Below are positions 38,405 through 48,546 of a stretch of 64,000 bases of DNA, one piece after another. The number at the start of each line of letters is the position of its first letter. Within the stretch, counting starts at the first letter, position 1. The translations under genes and the position numbers were made by a program. The notes beneath the pieces were generated by a model. The model saw only the letters and a program-made list of their open reading frames with translations. It was not told where the DNA came from and made no database searches. This stretch comes from Minisyncoccota bacterium (GTDB taxonomy: Bacteria; Patescibacteriota; Minisyncoccia; Phycocordibacterales; UBA5272): NCBI GenBank assembly GCA_041651055.1, contig JBAZJW010000001.1, positions 306,661 through 370,660 of the forward strand. Direction: 5' to 3'.

Positions 38405-40508
38405 GGCTTGGATTTACCATTCTTCCTTTTAAAACTTCTATTTCGTCGCGAAGTATAGCGGCTGTTTCAAAGTCGAGAATCTTAACAGCTTCTTTCATTG
38501 CCTTCTCCTTAAGCTTTACCAACTTATCCGGATTTTTGGCAAATAACTTCTTGTCGATCGCCAGCTCTGCATTCACCGCTTTCGCGTGATCACTTTGCAT
38601 TTCTTCGGTAATGTCTTTGATATTCTTTTCAATGGTCGTCGGTGTAATACCGTGCTTTTTGTTGTACTCTTCCTGAATAGTCCGTCTGCGGTTCGTCTCA
38701 TTGATGGCACGCTCCATAGAACCTGTCATCACATCCGCATACAAAATAACTCTTCCACGTGAATTACGTGCGGCACGACCAATAGTCTGAATGAGTGATG
38801 TCTCAGAACGGAGGAACCCTTCCTTATCCGCATCCATGATTCCGATTAAGGTTACTTCTGGCAAGTCCAAACCTTCACGAAGCAAGTTCACCCCCACGAG
38901 ACAGTCGAATTCCCCACGACGAAACTTCGTAAGAATCTGAATTCTATCCATCGTTTTAATATCACTGTGTACATACTCTGCTTTCACTCCTTGTTCCTTC
39001 AAATATTCCGAAAGACTCTCCGCCATTTTCTTGGTAAGTGTCGTCACGAGCACGCGGCCACCGATTTTTACATCCTTGAGCACTTCCGCAATAAAATCAT
39101 GCACCTGGCCCTTGTACTTTCCACTTGCGCCAACTTTTCTAACTTCAAGAACAGGATCGAGAAGTCCTGTCGGTCGAATGATTTGCTCGACAACTTGTTC
39201 TGACTCTGTGCGTTCGAAGACTCCTGGTGTCGCACTCACATAGATAACTTCATGCACTCGGCCTTCAAATTCTTCATAACGAAGAGGACGGTTATCCTTT
39301 GCGCTTGGTAAACGAAAACCATATTCCACAAGTGTTGACTTTCGAGACTGATCACCTGCATACATGCCATGCAATTGTGGCAATGTCACATGAGACTCAT
39401 CAATCACAGTTAAAAACTCTGGTTCCCCTTTTGCATTGTGAGGGAAATATTCAAGAAGAGTGTCAGGTGCGACACCTGGTTCTTTTCCTGAGAGATGTCG
39501 TGAATAGTTTTCGATACCCTGACAAAAACCAACTTCCTTTATCATAGCCACGTCATATCTCGTGCGACGCTTGAGACGTTCGGCTTCCAATATCTTTCCT
39601 TCTTTGTCGAATTCCGCGAGACGGACTTTGAGTTCCGCTTCAATAGTCTTCACCGCACGTTCACGTGTCGGCACATCAGAAATAAAGTGCTTTGCTGGGA
39701 AAATAAAATATTCTCCGACAACCTTGAGCAACTTCATCGATACAGGGTCGACAATTTGCATGTGAGAAATTTTCCCACCAGCTATTTCTATTTGTAGCAT
39801 AACCGTTTCAGAAATTGGCATGACATCAATGCGATTTCCAAGCGCGCGAAATGTTCCAGGGTTTAAGTCTGCATTTGTTCTTTCATACTGAATACCGACA
39901 AAACGTTGCATAAGCGATATTTTTGAAAGTGAATCACCGACAGATAGTTTTATATTTTCTCTCTCATAATCTTTCGGGGAACCGAGACCATAAATACACG
40001 ATACTGATGCGACGATAATAGTATCTTTTCGTGTGAGCAGTGCCTGTGTCGAAGCGTGACGAAGTCTATCTATCTCTTCATTTATCTGAGCGTCTTTTTC
40101 TATATACGTATCTGTCACCGGCATGTAGGCTTCCGGTTGATAGTAGTCGTAGTACGATACAAAATAATGCACCGCTGCATCTGGGAAAAAGGTACGAAAT
40201 TCTTGCGCGAGCTGAGCCGCGAGTGTTTTGTTGTGAGCGATCACAAGTGTCGGCTTTTGTATTTGTTGTATAACGTTTGCAATGGTAAAGGTCTTCCCTG
40301 TTCCTGTGGCACCGAGAAGTGTCTGACGCTTCACACCCTTCTTCAGTCCCGCTACAAGCTCTTTGATGGCCTTTGGCTGATCCCCCGCAGGTACGAATCC
40401 TTTCAGGTTAAAAGACCCCTCATGTCTATGAGCTGAGGCGTTTTGCATAGGCGTCGATACTTCCGGTGTCTGTATGGTTGCTTTTGGTTTCTTGAGATTA
40501 CTTGACAT
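38397..40508 (-). CDS. uvrB: Excinuclease ABC subunit B
   Basis: GDQPKAI, LLGATGTGKT, FVSYYDYYQPEAY, DESH, QTIGRAARN, C-terminal UVR domain. Confidence 0.97.
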   Translation of the reverse strand: MSSNLKKPKATIQTPEVSTPMQNASAHRHEGSFNLKGFVPAGDQPKAIKELVAGLKKGVKRQTLLGATGTGKTFTIANVIQQIQKPTLVIAHNKTLAAQLAQEFRTFFPDAAVHYFVSYYDYYQPEAYMPVTDTYIEKDAQINEEIDRLRHASTQALLTRKDTIIVASVSCIYGLGSPKDYERENIKLSVGDSLSKISLMQRFVGIQYERTNADLNPGTFRALGNRIDVMPISETVMLQIEIAGGKISHMQIVDPVSMKLLKVVGEYFIFPAKHFISDVPTRERAVKTIEAELKVRLAEFDKEGKILEAERLKRRTRYDVAMIKEVGFCQGIENYSRHLSGKEPGVAPDTLLEYFPHNAKGEPEFLTVIDESHVTLPQLHGMYAGDQSRKSTLVEYGFRLPSAKDNRPLRYEEFEGRVHEVIYVSATPGVFERTESEQVVEQIIRPTGLLDPVLEVRKVGASGKYKGQVHDFIAEVLKDVKIGGRVLVTTLTKKMAESLSEYLKEQGVKAEYVHSDIKTMDRIQILTKFRRGEFDCLVGVNLLREGLDLPEVTLIGIMDADKEGFLRSETSLIQTIGRAARNSRGRVILYADVMTGSMERAINETNRRRTIQEEYNKKHGITPTTIEKNIKDITEEMQSDHAKAVNAELAIDKKLFAKNPDKLVKLKEKAMKEAVKILDFETAAILRDEIEVLKGRMVNPSLT

Positions 40509-40578
40509 AGTTGATATATGATTATAGCATAAAAACTAGAAGAACCCTCAACCGCCCTAACCACCAAGGAGACTAGCG

Positions 40579-40932
40579 ATGACCACAAGCCAAAAGCATG
40601 AAGACTGGCAAGATCCTGACGAAGTCGGGAAGCTGCTGGAGGATTTCAAAAAAAATATCGCCCCCTTCCTCCAATTCGTCGGCATTTTGGCCGCGCTCGG
40701 ATTCATATTCGGATACAGTTATATCAACTGGGATCTGGTTTGGAAAAAGATTGAGCCCACCGTGCCGATACTGGCGCAGGCAACCCTGATCGGCACTGCG
40801 TTGTCGCTGACGTGCTGGTATCAGTTGAGCGTCTTTGTACGTCGCTCAGCTGTCATCGTCGGACTGATCGCTTTCCTCGTCCTCCTGTATAGCGGAGTGA
40901 CCACGGGAAGGTATCATCCCTTATACCGATGA
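40579..40932 (+). CDS. Small 3-TM hypothetical membrane protein
   Basis: TTGACA(40502)-17-TAGCAT, SD AAGGAG, GC-rich codons, terminator 40950-40985. Confidence 0.7.
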   Translation: MTTSQKHEDWQDPDEVGKLLEDFKKNIAPFLQFVGILAALGFIFGYSYINWDLVWKKIEPTVPILAQATLIGTALSLTCWYQLSVFVRRSAVIVGLIAFLVLLYSGVTTGRYHPLYR

Positions 40933-40949
40933 GATGGCCATGTGCACAG

Positions 40950-40985
40950 AGGGCCCTGCTTCGCGAGAAGCAGGGCCCTTTTTAT
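40950..40985 (+). terminator. Intrinsic terminator
   Basis: agggccctgcttc-gcga-gaagcagggccct-tttt. Confidence 0.8.
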
Positions 40986-41002
40986 TTCTTGTTATTTCTT
41001 TT

Positions 41003-42340
41003 TTATTTATAGTATCGCTTGATAAATGTATTCTTAAAATCTTCAAATGTTCCTGCAAGAATATGTTCACGCGCTTCTTCACATAACACCGTCAAAAATT
41101 TAAGATTGTGCAGTGAAGCAAGTGTTGCTGCAAGCATTTCATCAGAACGAAAAAGATGGGAGATATACGCCTTTGTGTACTTATGGGTATACCAACTGTC
41201 TTCTTCCGAAAGTGGAGACATGTCATCCTTGTACTTTACATTGTGCAAATTAACGCGTCCGTCTTTTGTATATATCGCACCATTACGCGCAATACGTGTC
41301 GGTGACACACAGTCAAACGTATCAATACCATTTTCTATACCAAGCAAGATATCAAGTGGCTCACCGATACCGAGCAAATGACGAGGCTTTCCTTCGGGCA
41401 AGATTTCATTCACCCATCTCACCGCTGTACCCATGTCTTCTTTTGTAAAACTCCCCCCGATACCATACCCATCGAAATCCATAGCGCCCAACTCTCGCGC
41501 TGATTCTTTTCGTAAATCTTCATAGGCGCCACCCTGCACCACGCCGAAGAGCGCCTGCATTTCCCCTGTCGCTTCTGACACACCGAGGCGTTTGTGTTCA
41601 TCAAGTGATCGCTTGGCCCACTCATGCGTACGAGCAATTGCTTCTCGTTGGTACTCGATAGGCGCAAGTGGTGACGTACATTCATCAAATGCAAAGAAAA
41701 TATCCGCACCAAGATTGTGCTGTATCTGCATACTTCTCTCTGGTGTGAATCTATGTTCACTACCATCATGAATAGATTTGAATGTCACACCATCGTCATC
41801 AATGTGTGCCAACTTTTCATGTGGACTTTTCTCCTCTTTCTCCATGCGCTTCACCTGACTTTTACTCTGGGCTTCACTGGCAGAAATTTCTTCGCTCGTT
41901 GCGATTTTACTCACACCATGACCGAGCGCTTGTCCAAGAGAAAACACCTGAAACCCTCCCGAGTCAGTAAATGTCGGCATCGGAATCTTTCCTTCTTTTT
42001 GTATTGTATTTTTCTCTAAACTGTTAACTCTTGACTCTTGGCTATTTCTAACCCATCCCATCATCTTTGCGAATCCACCATGATTTTTTACAAGTTCATC
42101 CCCTGGCTGAAGATAGAGATGATAGGTATTCGCGAGCACTGCTTGAGCACCGACATGTTCGGCGACGTCTTCAGGGCGAAGTGACTTCACTGTAGCTTTT
42201 GTACCTACAGTAATAAACGCTGGAGTCTTAATGTCTCCGTGCGGAGTATGAATAATACCCGCGCGCGCCAAAGGCGCGCGCTCCTTACCCTCACCATCCA
42301 CCTCCTCACATTTTTTTACTACCTCAAATGAAAATGACAT
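41003..42340 (-). CDS. tgt: tRNA-guanine transglycosylase
   Basis: TPHGDIKTP, NTYHLYL, TDSGGFQVFSL, FDECT, VVQGG, KPRHLLGIG, DTFDCVSPTRIARNG. Confidence 0.95.
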   Translation of the reverse strand: MSFSFEVVKKCEEVDGEGKERAPLARAGIIHTPHGDIKTPAFITVGTKATVKSLRPEDVAEHVGAQAVLANTYHLYLQPGDELVKNHGGFAKMMGWVRNSQESRVNSLEKNTIQKEGKIPMPTFTDSGGFQVFSLGQALGHGVSKIATSEEISASEAQSKSQVKRMEKEEKSPHEKLAHIDDDGVTFKSIHDGSEHRFTPERSMQIQHNLGADIFFAFDECTSPLAPIEYQREAIARTHEWAKRSLDEHKRLGVSEATGEMQALFGVVQGGAYEDLRKESARELGAMDFDGYGIGGSFTKEDMGTAVRWVNEILPEGKPRHLLGIGEPLDILLGIENGIDTFDCVSPTRIARNGAIYTKDGRVNLHNVKYKDDMSPLSEEDSWYTHKYTKAYISHLFRSDEMLAATLASLHNLKFLTVLCEEAREHILAGTFEDFKNTFIKRYYK

Positions 42341-42382
42341 ACAGACACTCTACCACGCCCTTCACGAAATCCCCACTCTTGA

Positions 42383-43525
42383 TTACCGCACCGTCGCTGC
42401 AATAACATCCACCAATTCTTTATCGAACATCGTTGGAAGAATTGATTCATGTGTCGGATTCTTTACATGCGCAGCGAGTGCGAGTGCCGCCTTGGTAAAC
42501 ATGCCGATTTCAAACTGCTTCACATTTCCATTAAGCACACCTTTGAAAAGTCCTGGGAAAATAAGTGAGTTGTTCAACTGATTCGCGAAGTCACTTCGTC
42601 CGGTAGCAATCACTGCAACTCCGGCTTCTTTGGCGACATCTGGCATAATTTCAGGAATTGGATTCGCAAGTGCAAAGACAATAGCATCTTTGTTCATTGA
42701 TTGTGCCATTTCTTTTGTGAGTGCTCCCGCTTTTGAAACCCCGACGAATACATCTGCGCCGACCACTGCGAGAGCGAGCGATCCTTCACTTCCTTTAAGC
42801 GCACTCTTTCCTATGAGTTCCAATTTTTCTTTAGTAAGCTCTTCACGTCCTTCATGAATAATTCCTTTACTATCACAAAAAAGAATATTAGAGAACCCGT
42901 ATGAAAGTAAAATTCGTGAGATTGCCACTCCTGCTGAACCAACACCGTTCACTACAATCTTCACATCTTTACCTTCGCCTCTTCCTGTAACTTTAAGCGC
43001 GTTGATAATACCACCGAGCACCACTGTTGCTGTCCCCCATTGATCATCATGCATCACCGGAATAGATAATTCTGCGCGAAGTCGTTCTTCAATTTCAAAA
43101 CATCGAGGTGCTGCGATATCTTCGAGATTCACTGCACCGAATACTGGAGCGAGCTGCTTCACTGCTTTAATAATTTCTTCTGTGTCTTGCGTGTCCAAAC
43201 AAATAGGAAAGGCGTCCACATCCGCAAAACTTTTCAATATCGCAGCCTTACCTTCCATCACAGGAATAGCTGCGAGTGCTCCAAGATTTCCGAGACCCAA
43301 AATAGCTGAACCATCAGAAATAATAGCCACTGTATTTCGCTTGAGTGTGTACTCGCGAGCAAGTGATGGATCGCGCGCAATTTCACGACACACCTCTGCT
43401 ACCCCTGGCGTATACGCACGAGAAAGATCATCTCTATCATTCATCGGAACTTTTGTGACAAGTCCGATTTTCCCGTGATGTTTTTTGTGAAGCTCTAGCG
43501 CTTCTTTGTTGTAGTCGTGAGGCAT
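42383..43525 (-). CDS. NAD(P)-dependent malic enzyme
   Basis: AYTPGVA, DGSAILGLG, VMEGK, NLEDI, HDDQ, ALANP.PEI, ATGRSD. Confidence 0.95.
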   Translation of the reverse strand: MPHDYNKEALELHKKHHGKIGLVTKVPMNDRDDLSRAYTPGVAEVCREIARDPSLAREYTLKRNTVAIISDGSAILGLGNLGALAAIPVMEGKAAILKSFADVDAFPICLDTQDTEEIIKAVKQLAPVFGAVNLEDIAAPRCFEIEERLRAELSIPVMHDDQWGTATVVLGGIINALKVTGRGEGKDVKIVVNGVGSAGVAISRILLSYGFSNILFCDSKGIIHEGREELTKEKLELIGKSALKGSEGSLALAVVGADVFVGVSKAGALTKEMAQSMNKDAIVFALANPIPEIMPDVAKEAGVAVIATGRSDFANQLNNSLIFPGLFKGVLNGNVKQFEIGMFTKAALALAAHVKNPTHESILPTMFDKELVDVIAATVR

Positions 43526-43629
43526 GGATAGTTAATGGTTACTGGTTTATAGTCATACTAGTGTACGCAGTTCGTGGATTATTGTCTATCTTTGAAAGGT
43601 GGACACCGTGTTACTAAAGGAAAAGAATT

Positions 43630-44514
43630 TTATTTTTTGAGCAACGCATGCTTTTTGTCATACACGGCACTGATTCCAAAAGATATGACCATGACAAGCC
43701 CGCCCAAAACCTGAAGAACAGAAGTTGCTTCAAAGAAAATAAACCAAGCAACGATTCCACCAACAAGCGGCTCTACAACACCATCATACATACTCACCAT
43801 CATCTCATTGCTATGTTTACTAGACCACTGAATCAAAGCATACGGCAGCGCTGTGAAAATAATAATTAATAGAATAAAATGCGAAGCTGTATCTTTTGGA
43901 ATAAGAAAGTCATAATTATTCAACATCATGTATACACCAGATAAAAAGCTCACCGTAAGAAACTGCTGAGCACACAGTACACTTAGATGCACACCGGACT
44001 CCCCTTCGTATCTCTGAGACATCAAAAAATAAAATGCCATAAAAAATGCCGACATAAGTAAAAACAAATCTCCAAAAGCCAGACCGTCTAAGCCTCCAAC
44101 CAAAAAATACATGCCGACACCGGCTCCCAAGAGTGCAAAAGTATCTGTTGTTGTAACGTTGTGTCTGTACATCAAATAACCAAGATACGGAATAAACAAC
44201 ATTCCTAAGTTTGAAATAAAGGAAGTGTTCGCTGCTGTACTTAAATGAAGCCCATACATCTGTGCTATTTCCATAACCGTAATCAAAGAGCCGAGCAATA
44301 TCCCTTCTCTTATTCTGTAAAAGATATTTTTCTTTTTATAGATAGAGTAGACAAGAAAAACTATACCAGTCAATAGAAAGTTGTAAAAAGTAAATGTGAC
44401 AGGATCTATAAAATCAAGAATTCCTTTTTGGAAGGCAAACGATGATCCCCATAAAAAAGCCACAAGTATTATTGCAAGCTTTGTCTTATCCATACGAATC
44501 AAAATATCTTTCAT
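43630..44514 (-). CDS. DMT/EamA-family transporter (AT-rich)
   Basis: WGSSF.FQK, about 10 TM segments, EP..G motif. Confidence 0.88.
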   Translation of the reverse strand: MKDILIRMDKTKLAIILVAFLWGSSFAFQKGILDFIDPVTFTFYNFLLTGIVFLVYSIYKKKNIFYRIREGILLGSLITVMEIAQMYGLHLSTAANTSFISNLGMLFIPYLGYLMYRHNVTTTDTFALLGAGVGMYFLVGGLDGLAFGDLFLLMSAFFMAFYFLMSQRYEGESGVHLSVLCAQQFLTVSFLSGVYMMLNNYDFLIPKDTASHFILLIIIFTALPYALIQWSSKHSNEMMVSMYDGVVEPLVGGIVAWFIFFEATSVLQVLGGLVMVISFGISAVYDKKHALLKK

Positions 44515-44517
44515 AGA

Positions 44518-44829
44518 TTATCTATTTGTTTCACCCAGAATCCACTGACCATACGAATCATTTACTTCTGCATCCAATTTTAGTATGCACGGAGTGTCAT
44601 ATGGATGAATGTTTAAGATTTCATCTCGTACGATTTCAAAGTTTTCTTTTCTTGTTTTCAAAAGCGAAACAATTTCTTCTTGATTTTCAATAGAGCCCTT
44701 CCACCAATACCTGCTTGTAATCGGAAAAAAGTTCGCACATGCAATCAATTTATTTTCTAACAAATAATCGACAACTTTATCTGCTTCTTCTTGGTTTTTG
44801 TGCGTTACATAAAGAGTGAGTATTTCCAT
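44518..44829 (-). CDS. cutA: Divalent-cation tolerance protein CutA
   Basis: LIACAN, SRYWWKG, HPYDTPCI, YGQWI. Confidence 0.9.
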   Translation of the reverse strand: MEILTLYVTHKNQEEADKVVDYLLENKLIACANFFPITSRYWWKGSIENQEEIVSLLKTRKENFEIVRDEILNIHPYDTPCILKLDAEVNDSYGQWILGETNR

Positions 44830-44992
44830 ATCCATAATTATATCATGCATGGTATGACAAAAGACCACCCTTTTATCGTAGCCGAATAGACCAAAAAAGA
44901 TTGCTTGACAAAAAATCCTATTTTTATAGGCTACGTCTAGAGATGTTCACAATCGCGTGACATCATACCCAAAACCTTTGGCAGGAGGCCAT

Positions 44993-45457
44993 ATGACAAC
45001 ATCAACTGTTACCGACCAACTCGTTATTGATGGGAGAATTTTTCTTCCGACAGACAAAAGACTACATTTTGATTCCTATCATTATGAGGGACACGGAGCT
45101 CTATCTTTAAGTAGCTGCATACGTGGTACACATTTTTACCAAAAAGGTAGAAACTTCTGCGGTGTCGAATTTGCCAATTATCACAGTGGTCAATTCAGTA
45201 TTGCTGTGGGAGACGAAATTCAACTGCGGCGTCGAAAAAAGGCCTACATCCAAACACCTGCAAAGATTCTTGGTGTCTATGTCAATAACGATGAAGGAGC
45301 TAGGAAAATAAAAGAGGACAATAAAGACACTGCGGTGAGTTGGCGGAGAACGACCATAACAACTGACTTAATCGTTGTTGTGAAAACCACATCTGGATTG
45401 CTTTTTGGAGAATCCTACTACGAGGAAAGCAATTGGGGCAACAGTCGAAGAAGATAG
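44993..45457 (+). CDS. Hypothetical protein
   Basis: TTGACA-17-TAGGCT promoter, SD AGGAGG, terminator aagccgctccct-cca-agggagcggctt-tt at 45474-45502. Confidence 0.7.
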   Translation: MTTSTVTDQLVIDGRIFLPTDKRLHFDSYHYEGHGALSLSSCIRGTHFYQKGRNFCGVEFANYHSGQFSIAVGDEIQLRRRKKAYIQTPAKILGVYVNNDEGARKIKEDNKDTAVSWRRTTITTDLIVVVKTTSGLLFGESYYEESNWGNSRRR

Positions 45458-45616
45458 TTTTTTGCAAATACCTAAGCCGCTCCCTCCAAGGGAGCGGCTT
45501 TTAACAAATTATATTACTACACGTCTTCTCAAAAACCCGATAGCCGAGTCAGAAAATGGATGAGGTACGCCGTTGATTTTTTAAAAATGTTTGGAGACGT
45601 ACTCATTTAAAAATGA

Positions 45617-46519
45617 TTAATGGAGCACCACCCCTTTACTAGCCAAACTCTCTTTGAGGCGGTCAGCTATTTCTTGCTTATTATATTTGTTCATTCTTTC
45701 TTTACCATATGCATCCGAAAACTGTACTGGAGTTATTGGAGCAGCCACAAACTCAACACGTTTTGCTTTCTCATCTATCTTTCGTATTATATACATTTGA
45801 TTAGAGTCGTCCATAAACATGGTTTTGCCTCGCTTGTTCATTTCAAGCAAAACAGAAAAAGGTTTGTCAAAATTTTCACCCGTAGGCTTCCCAAATTTAT
45901 CTACAGGGTTTGAAAAATCCACAACACCTATTTTGGTTACTACTTTTTCTCCATCATAATAAGTACTTTCTTCATCTTCGTAACTTGTACGTTTTGCCAT
46001 CGTTTCAAGCTTCATAAAACCAGCAGAAACTTCAGGATTTTTGAGTATTATTTCATTGTATGATTTACCGTGACCAAAATTCTGTCGATCTATTGCTCTG
46101 TCTATATCTTCTGAAGAATTACGATCACCTCCGATTACTTTTCTTTCTGTAAGAGAAAGTACAACTGAACCATCTTCCCCCCGAGACACCGAAGCAATTT
46201 CTCCATGAGAAAAAATAACACCGAAACCACCAAAAAAAGTACCGTCATTTGTATTTGGACGCACAGTACTTGCGGATAATGTCGGATTAACTCCGTACAA
46301 CAAATCTAATTTATCTGCCACACTTAACTTACGGGTATCTATGCTTTTATTATTTTCAGAAACATCCAAAGCGTCGCCAACTTGAACGGTGTGCACAAAA
46401 AATGCATTTTTCTCCTTCATTTGAGCAACTACATCCAAATGCGAAAGGTTTTCTTTTTTAGAATCTACAGACTCTTGATTTTTCTCCACCGTTCTCGTTG
46501 GAAATGTTTGATCCTCCAT
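45617..46519 (-). CDS. Hypothetical protein (AT-rich), coupled to fba
   Basis: 300-aa ORF starting 1 nt after the fba stop. Confidence 0.75.
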   Translation of the reverse strand: MEDQTFPTRTVEKNQESVDSKKENLSHLDVVAQMKEKNAFFVHTVQVGDALDVSENNKSIDTRKLSVADKLDLLYGVNPTLSASTVRPNTNDGTFFGGFGVIFSHGEIASVSRGEDGSVVLSLTERKVIGGDRNSSEDIDRAIDRQNFGHGKSYNEIILKNPEVSAGFMKLETMAKRTSYEDEESTYYDGEKVVTKIGVVDFSNPVDKFGKPTGENFDKPFSVLLEMNKRGKTMFMDDSNQMYIIRKIDEKAKRVEFVAAPITPVQFSDAYGKERMNKYNKQEIADRLKESLASKGVVLH

Positions 46520-46520
46520 G

Positions 46521-47411
46521 CTATTTCATATATAACTCCATCTTGGCGCGAACTACTTTCTTCATCTCCTCCTGCCCCTGATGGCCGAATTTATACGGTG
46601 CAACTTCGAGCGGATTTTTGTCCATATATTCTTTTTCACCATCCCTGAATGCTTTACGAATTTCTGTATTGATATGCACAATAGCGATACCAGCATCCAC
46701 GGCCGCAATCAAATCTTCGTCGGTGTTTCCACTCGCACCATGAAGTACAAGCGGCACATCTACCGCACGAGCGATTTCTCGCAATCTCTCAATGTGCAAT
46801 TTTGGCTCAGGTGCATCGATAAGCATGCCATGTATATTTCCAATTGCCGGTGCGAACATATCCACTCCTGTACGAATAATAAAATCCTTCGCTTGCCCCA
46901 TCGTTGTAATATTTTCTTCACTCACCCCTTCTGGAAGAGCACTGTTGAGCGATGACGACTGTCCGATATACCCAAGTTCAGCTTCGACGAGCACACGCTT
47001 ACCGGTCTTTTCCTCATAATTTCTCACGTAATCAACGCATTTCTTTACAAGTGCTACGTTTTCTTCATATGGAAGCTTGGCGCCATCGACAATGACACTG
47101 TCATACCCCGCCTCAACAACTTCCATCACTTTCTCAAACGTATACGTATGGTCGGCATTCAAGAAAATCGCCACATCGTATTCTTGGTTAAGCTCATCCA
47201 CAATCTGTCGTATCATCATCGTCCCCATGTACGCTCGTTCCCCCTCACTCGCACCGATGATAACCGGTTGACCAAGCTCTTGTGCGACTTCGACAATGGC
47301 ACGCGCTTGATCAAGGTTCGAAATATTAAAATGGGCAATGGCATTGCCCCTATCTTTGTACTCACTAATAGTCTCTAGATACACTTCACTTTGAGGGGTT
47401 AGGGATTTCAT
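46521..47411 (-). CDS. fba: Class II fructose/ketose-bisphosphate aldolase
   Basis: HFN, NADH, YDSVIVDG, VEAELG, GNIHG, LVLHGASG, INTE; start MKSLT at 47411. Confidence 0.92.
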   Translation of the reverse strand: MKSLTPQSEVYLETISEYKDRGNAIAHFNISNLDQARAIVEVAQELGQPVIIGASEGERAYMGTMMIRQIVDELNQEYDVAIFLNADHTYTFEKVMEVVEAGYDSVIVDGAKLPYEENVALVKKCVDYVRNYEEKTGKRVLVEAELGYIGQSSSLNSALPEGVSEENITTMGQAKDFIIRTGVDMFAPAIGNIHGMLIDAPEPKLHIERLREIARAVDVPLVLHGASGNTDEDLIAAVDAGIAIVHINTEIRKAFRDGEKEYMDKNPLEVAPYKFGHQGQEEMKKVVRAKMELYMK

Positions 47412-47452
47412 ATCAACACAGTATATCGCACCTCGCGTGATACCATAAGTGC

Positions 47453-48442
47453 ATGGAAAAAACCTATGATTTGATTGCAATCGGAGACACGGTGGTGGAT
47501 GTTTTTATCAAATTAAACGTTGGACATGTACAAGAGACAGCTAACGGTGCGGAGTTATGCCTTCCTTACGGTGCAAAAGTTCCGTACGAATCGGCAACCC
47601 CTGTGCCTGCGGTAGGAAATAGTGCGAACGCTGCAGTGTCGGCTTCTCGTCTTGGACTTTCGTCTGCTCTTATTGCTTTTGTTGGAAAAGATGAGCACGG
47701 AGAGGAATGCCTCACGAGACTAAAGGAAGAGAATGTTGGCGTAGAATTTATGAGTCAAGAAGAAGGTAAGTCGACAAATTACCACTATGTATTGTGGCAC
47801 GGAAGTGACCGAACTATTCTCATCAAACACTCAGACTTTCTTGAAAAATTACCAGAAAATCTTACCCCTCCGAAATGGCTGTACCTTTCATCACTCGGTG
47901 CACACACAGAAGCTTTTCATGATGAGATATCGGATTATGTGATCGCGCATCCAGATGTAAAGCTCGCTTTCCAGCCAGGAACATTCCAGTTACAAGCAGG
48001 AGATACTCTTGCTGAAATCTACAAACATACAGAAGTGGTCTGTATGAATAAAGAAGAGGCGCAAGGATTACTACAAACGAATGAACACGAAATAAAAATA
48101 TTGCTTGATGCTTTGCAAAACTTTGGACCAAAAACAGTTATCATAACGGATGGAGCAGAAGGTGCCTATATGAAATATGATAATACGTATTTTAATATGC
48201 CGATATATCCTGACATTGCGCAACCTGTTGAGCGCACTGGTGCAGGAGATGCATTCTTCTCAACCTTCGTCGCCTATCTCGCAAAAGGATATGACGCGCC
48301 GTATGCCATTCGTCGTGCACCGATCAACAGTATGAATGTTGTGCAACATGTCGGAGCGCAGGAAGGACTTTTATCTGAATCGGAAATCGAAGAGTATTTG
48401 AAAAAGGCGCCAGAGAATTACAAGCTAACGATATTAGAATAG
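47453..48442 (+). CDS. PfkB-family carbohydrate kinase
   Basis: GNSANAAV, ITDGAEG, ERTGAGDAF. Confidence 0.92.
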   Translation: MEKTYDLIAIGDTVVDVFIKLNVGHVQETANGAELCLPYGAKVPYESATPVPAVGNSANAAVSASRLGLSSALIAFVGKDEHGEECLTRLKEENVGVEFMSQEEGKSTNYHYVLWHGSDRTILIKHSDFLEKLPENLTPPKWLYLSSLGAHTEAFHDEISDYVIAHPDVKLAFQPGTFQLQAGDTLAEIYKHTEVVCMNKEEAQGLLQTNEHEIKILLDALQNFGPKTVIITDGAEGAYMKYDNTYFNMPIYPDIAQPVERTGAGDAFFSTFVAYLAKGYDAPYAIRRAPINSMNVVQHVGAQEGLLSESEIEEYLKKAPENYKLTILE

Positions 48443-48463
48443 TTAGGAGCTAGCAGTTAGGGG

Positions 48464-48506
48464 TACATACATAAAGCGCGACCTTCGGTCGCGCTTTATG
48501 TATGTA
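48464..48506. terminator. Bidirectional terminator between convergent genes
   Basis: tacatacataaagcgcgacc-ttc-ggtcgcgctttatgtatgta. Confidence 0.8.
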
Positions 48507-48546
48507 GTATGTATCATGTGTTTACTCCTAACCCCTAACTGGGCCC

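Noticed and set aside
45519-45603. Another member of the palindromic element family
   Set aside because: Only short outer arms (acgtct/agacgt); conserved core not recognisable.
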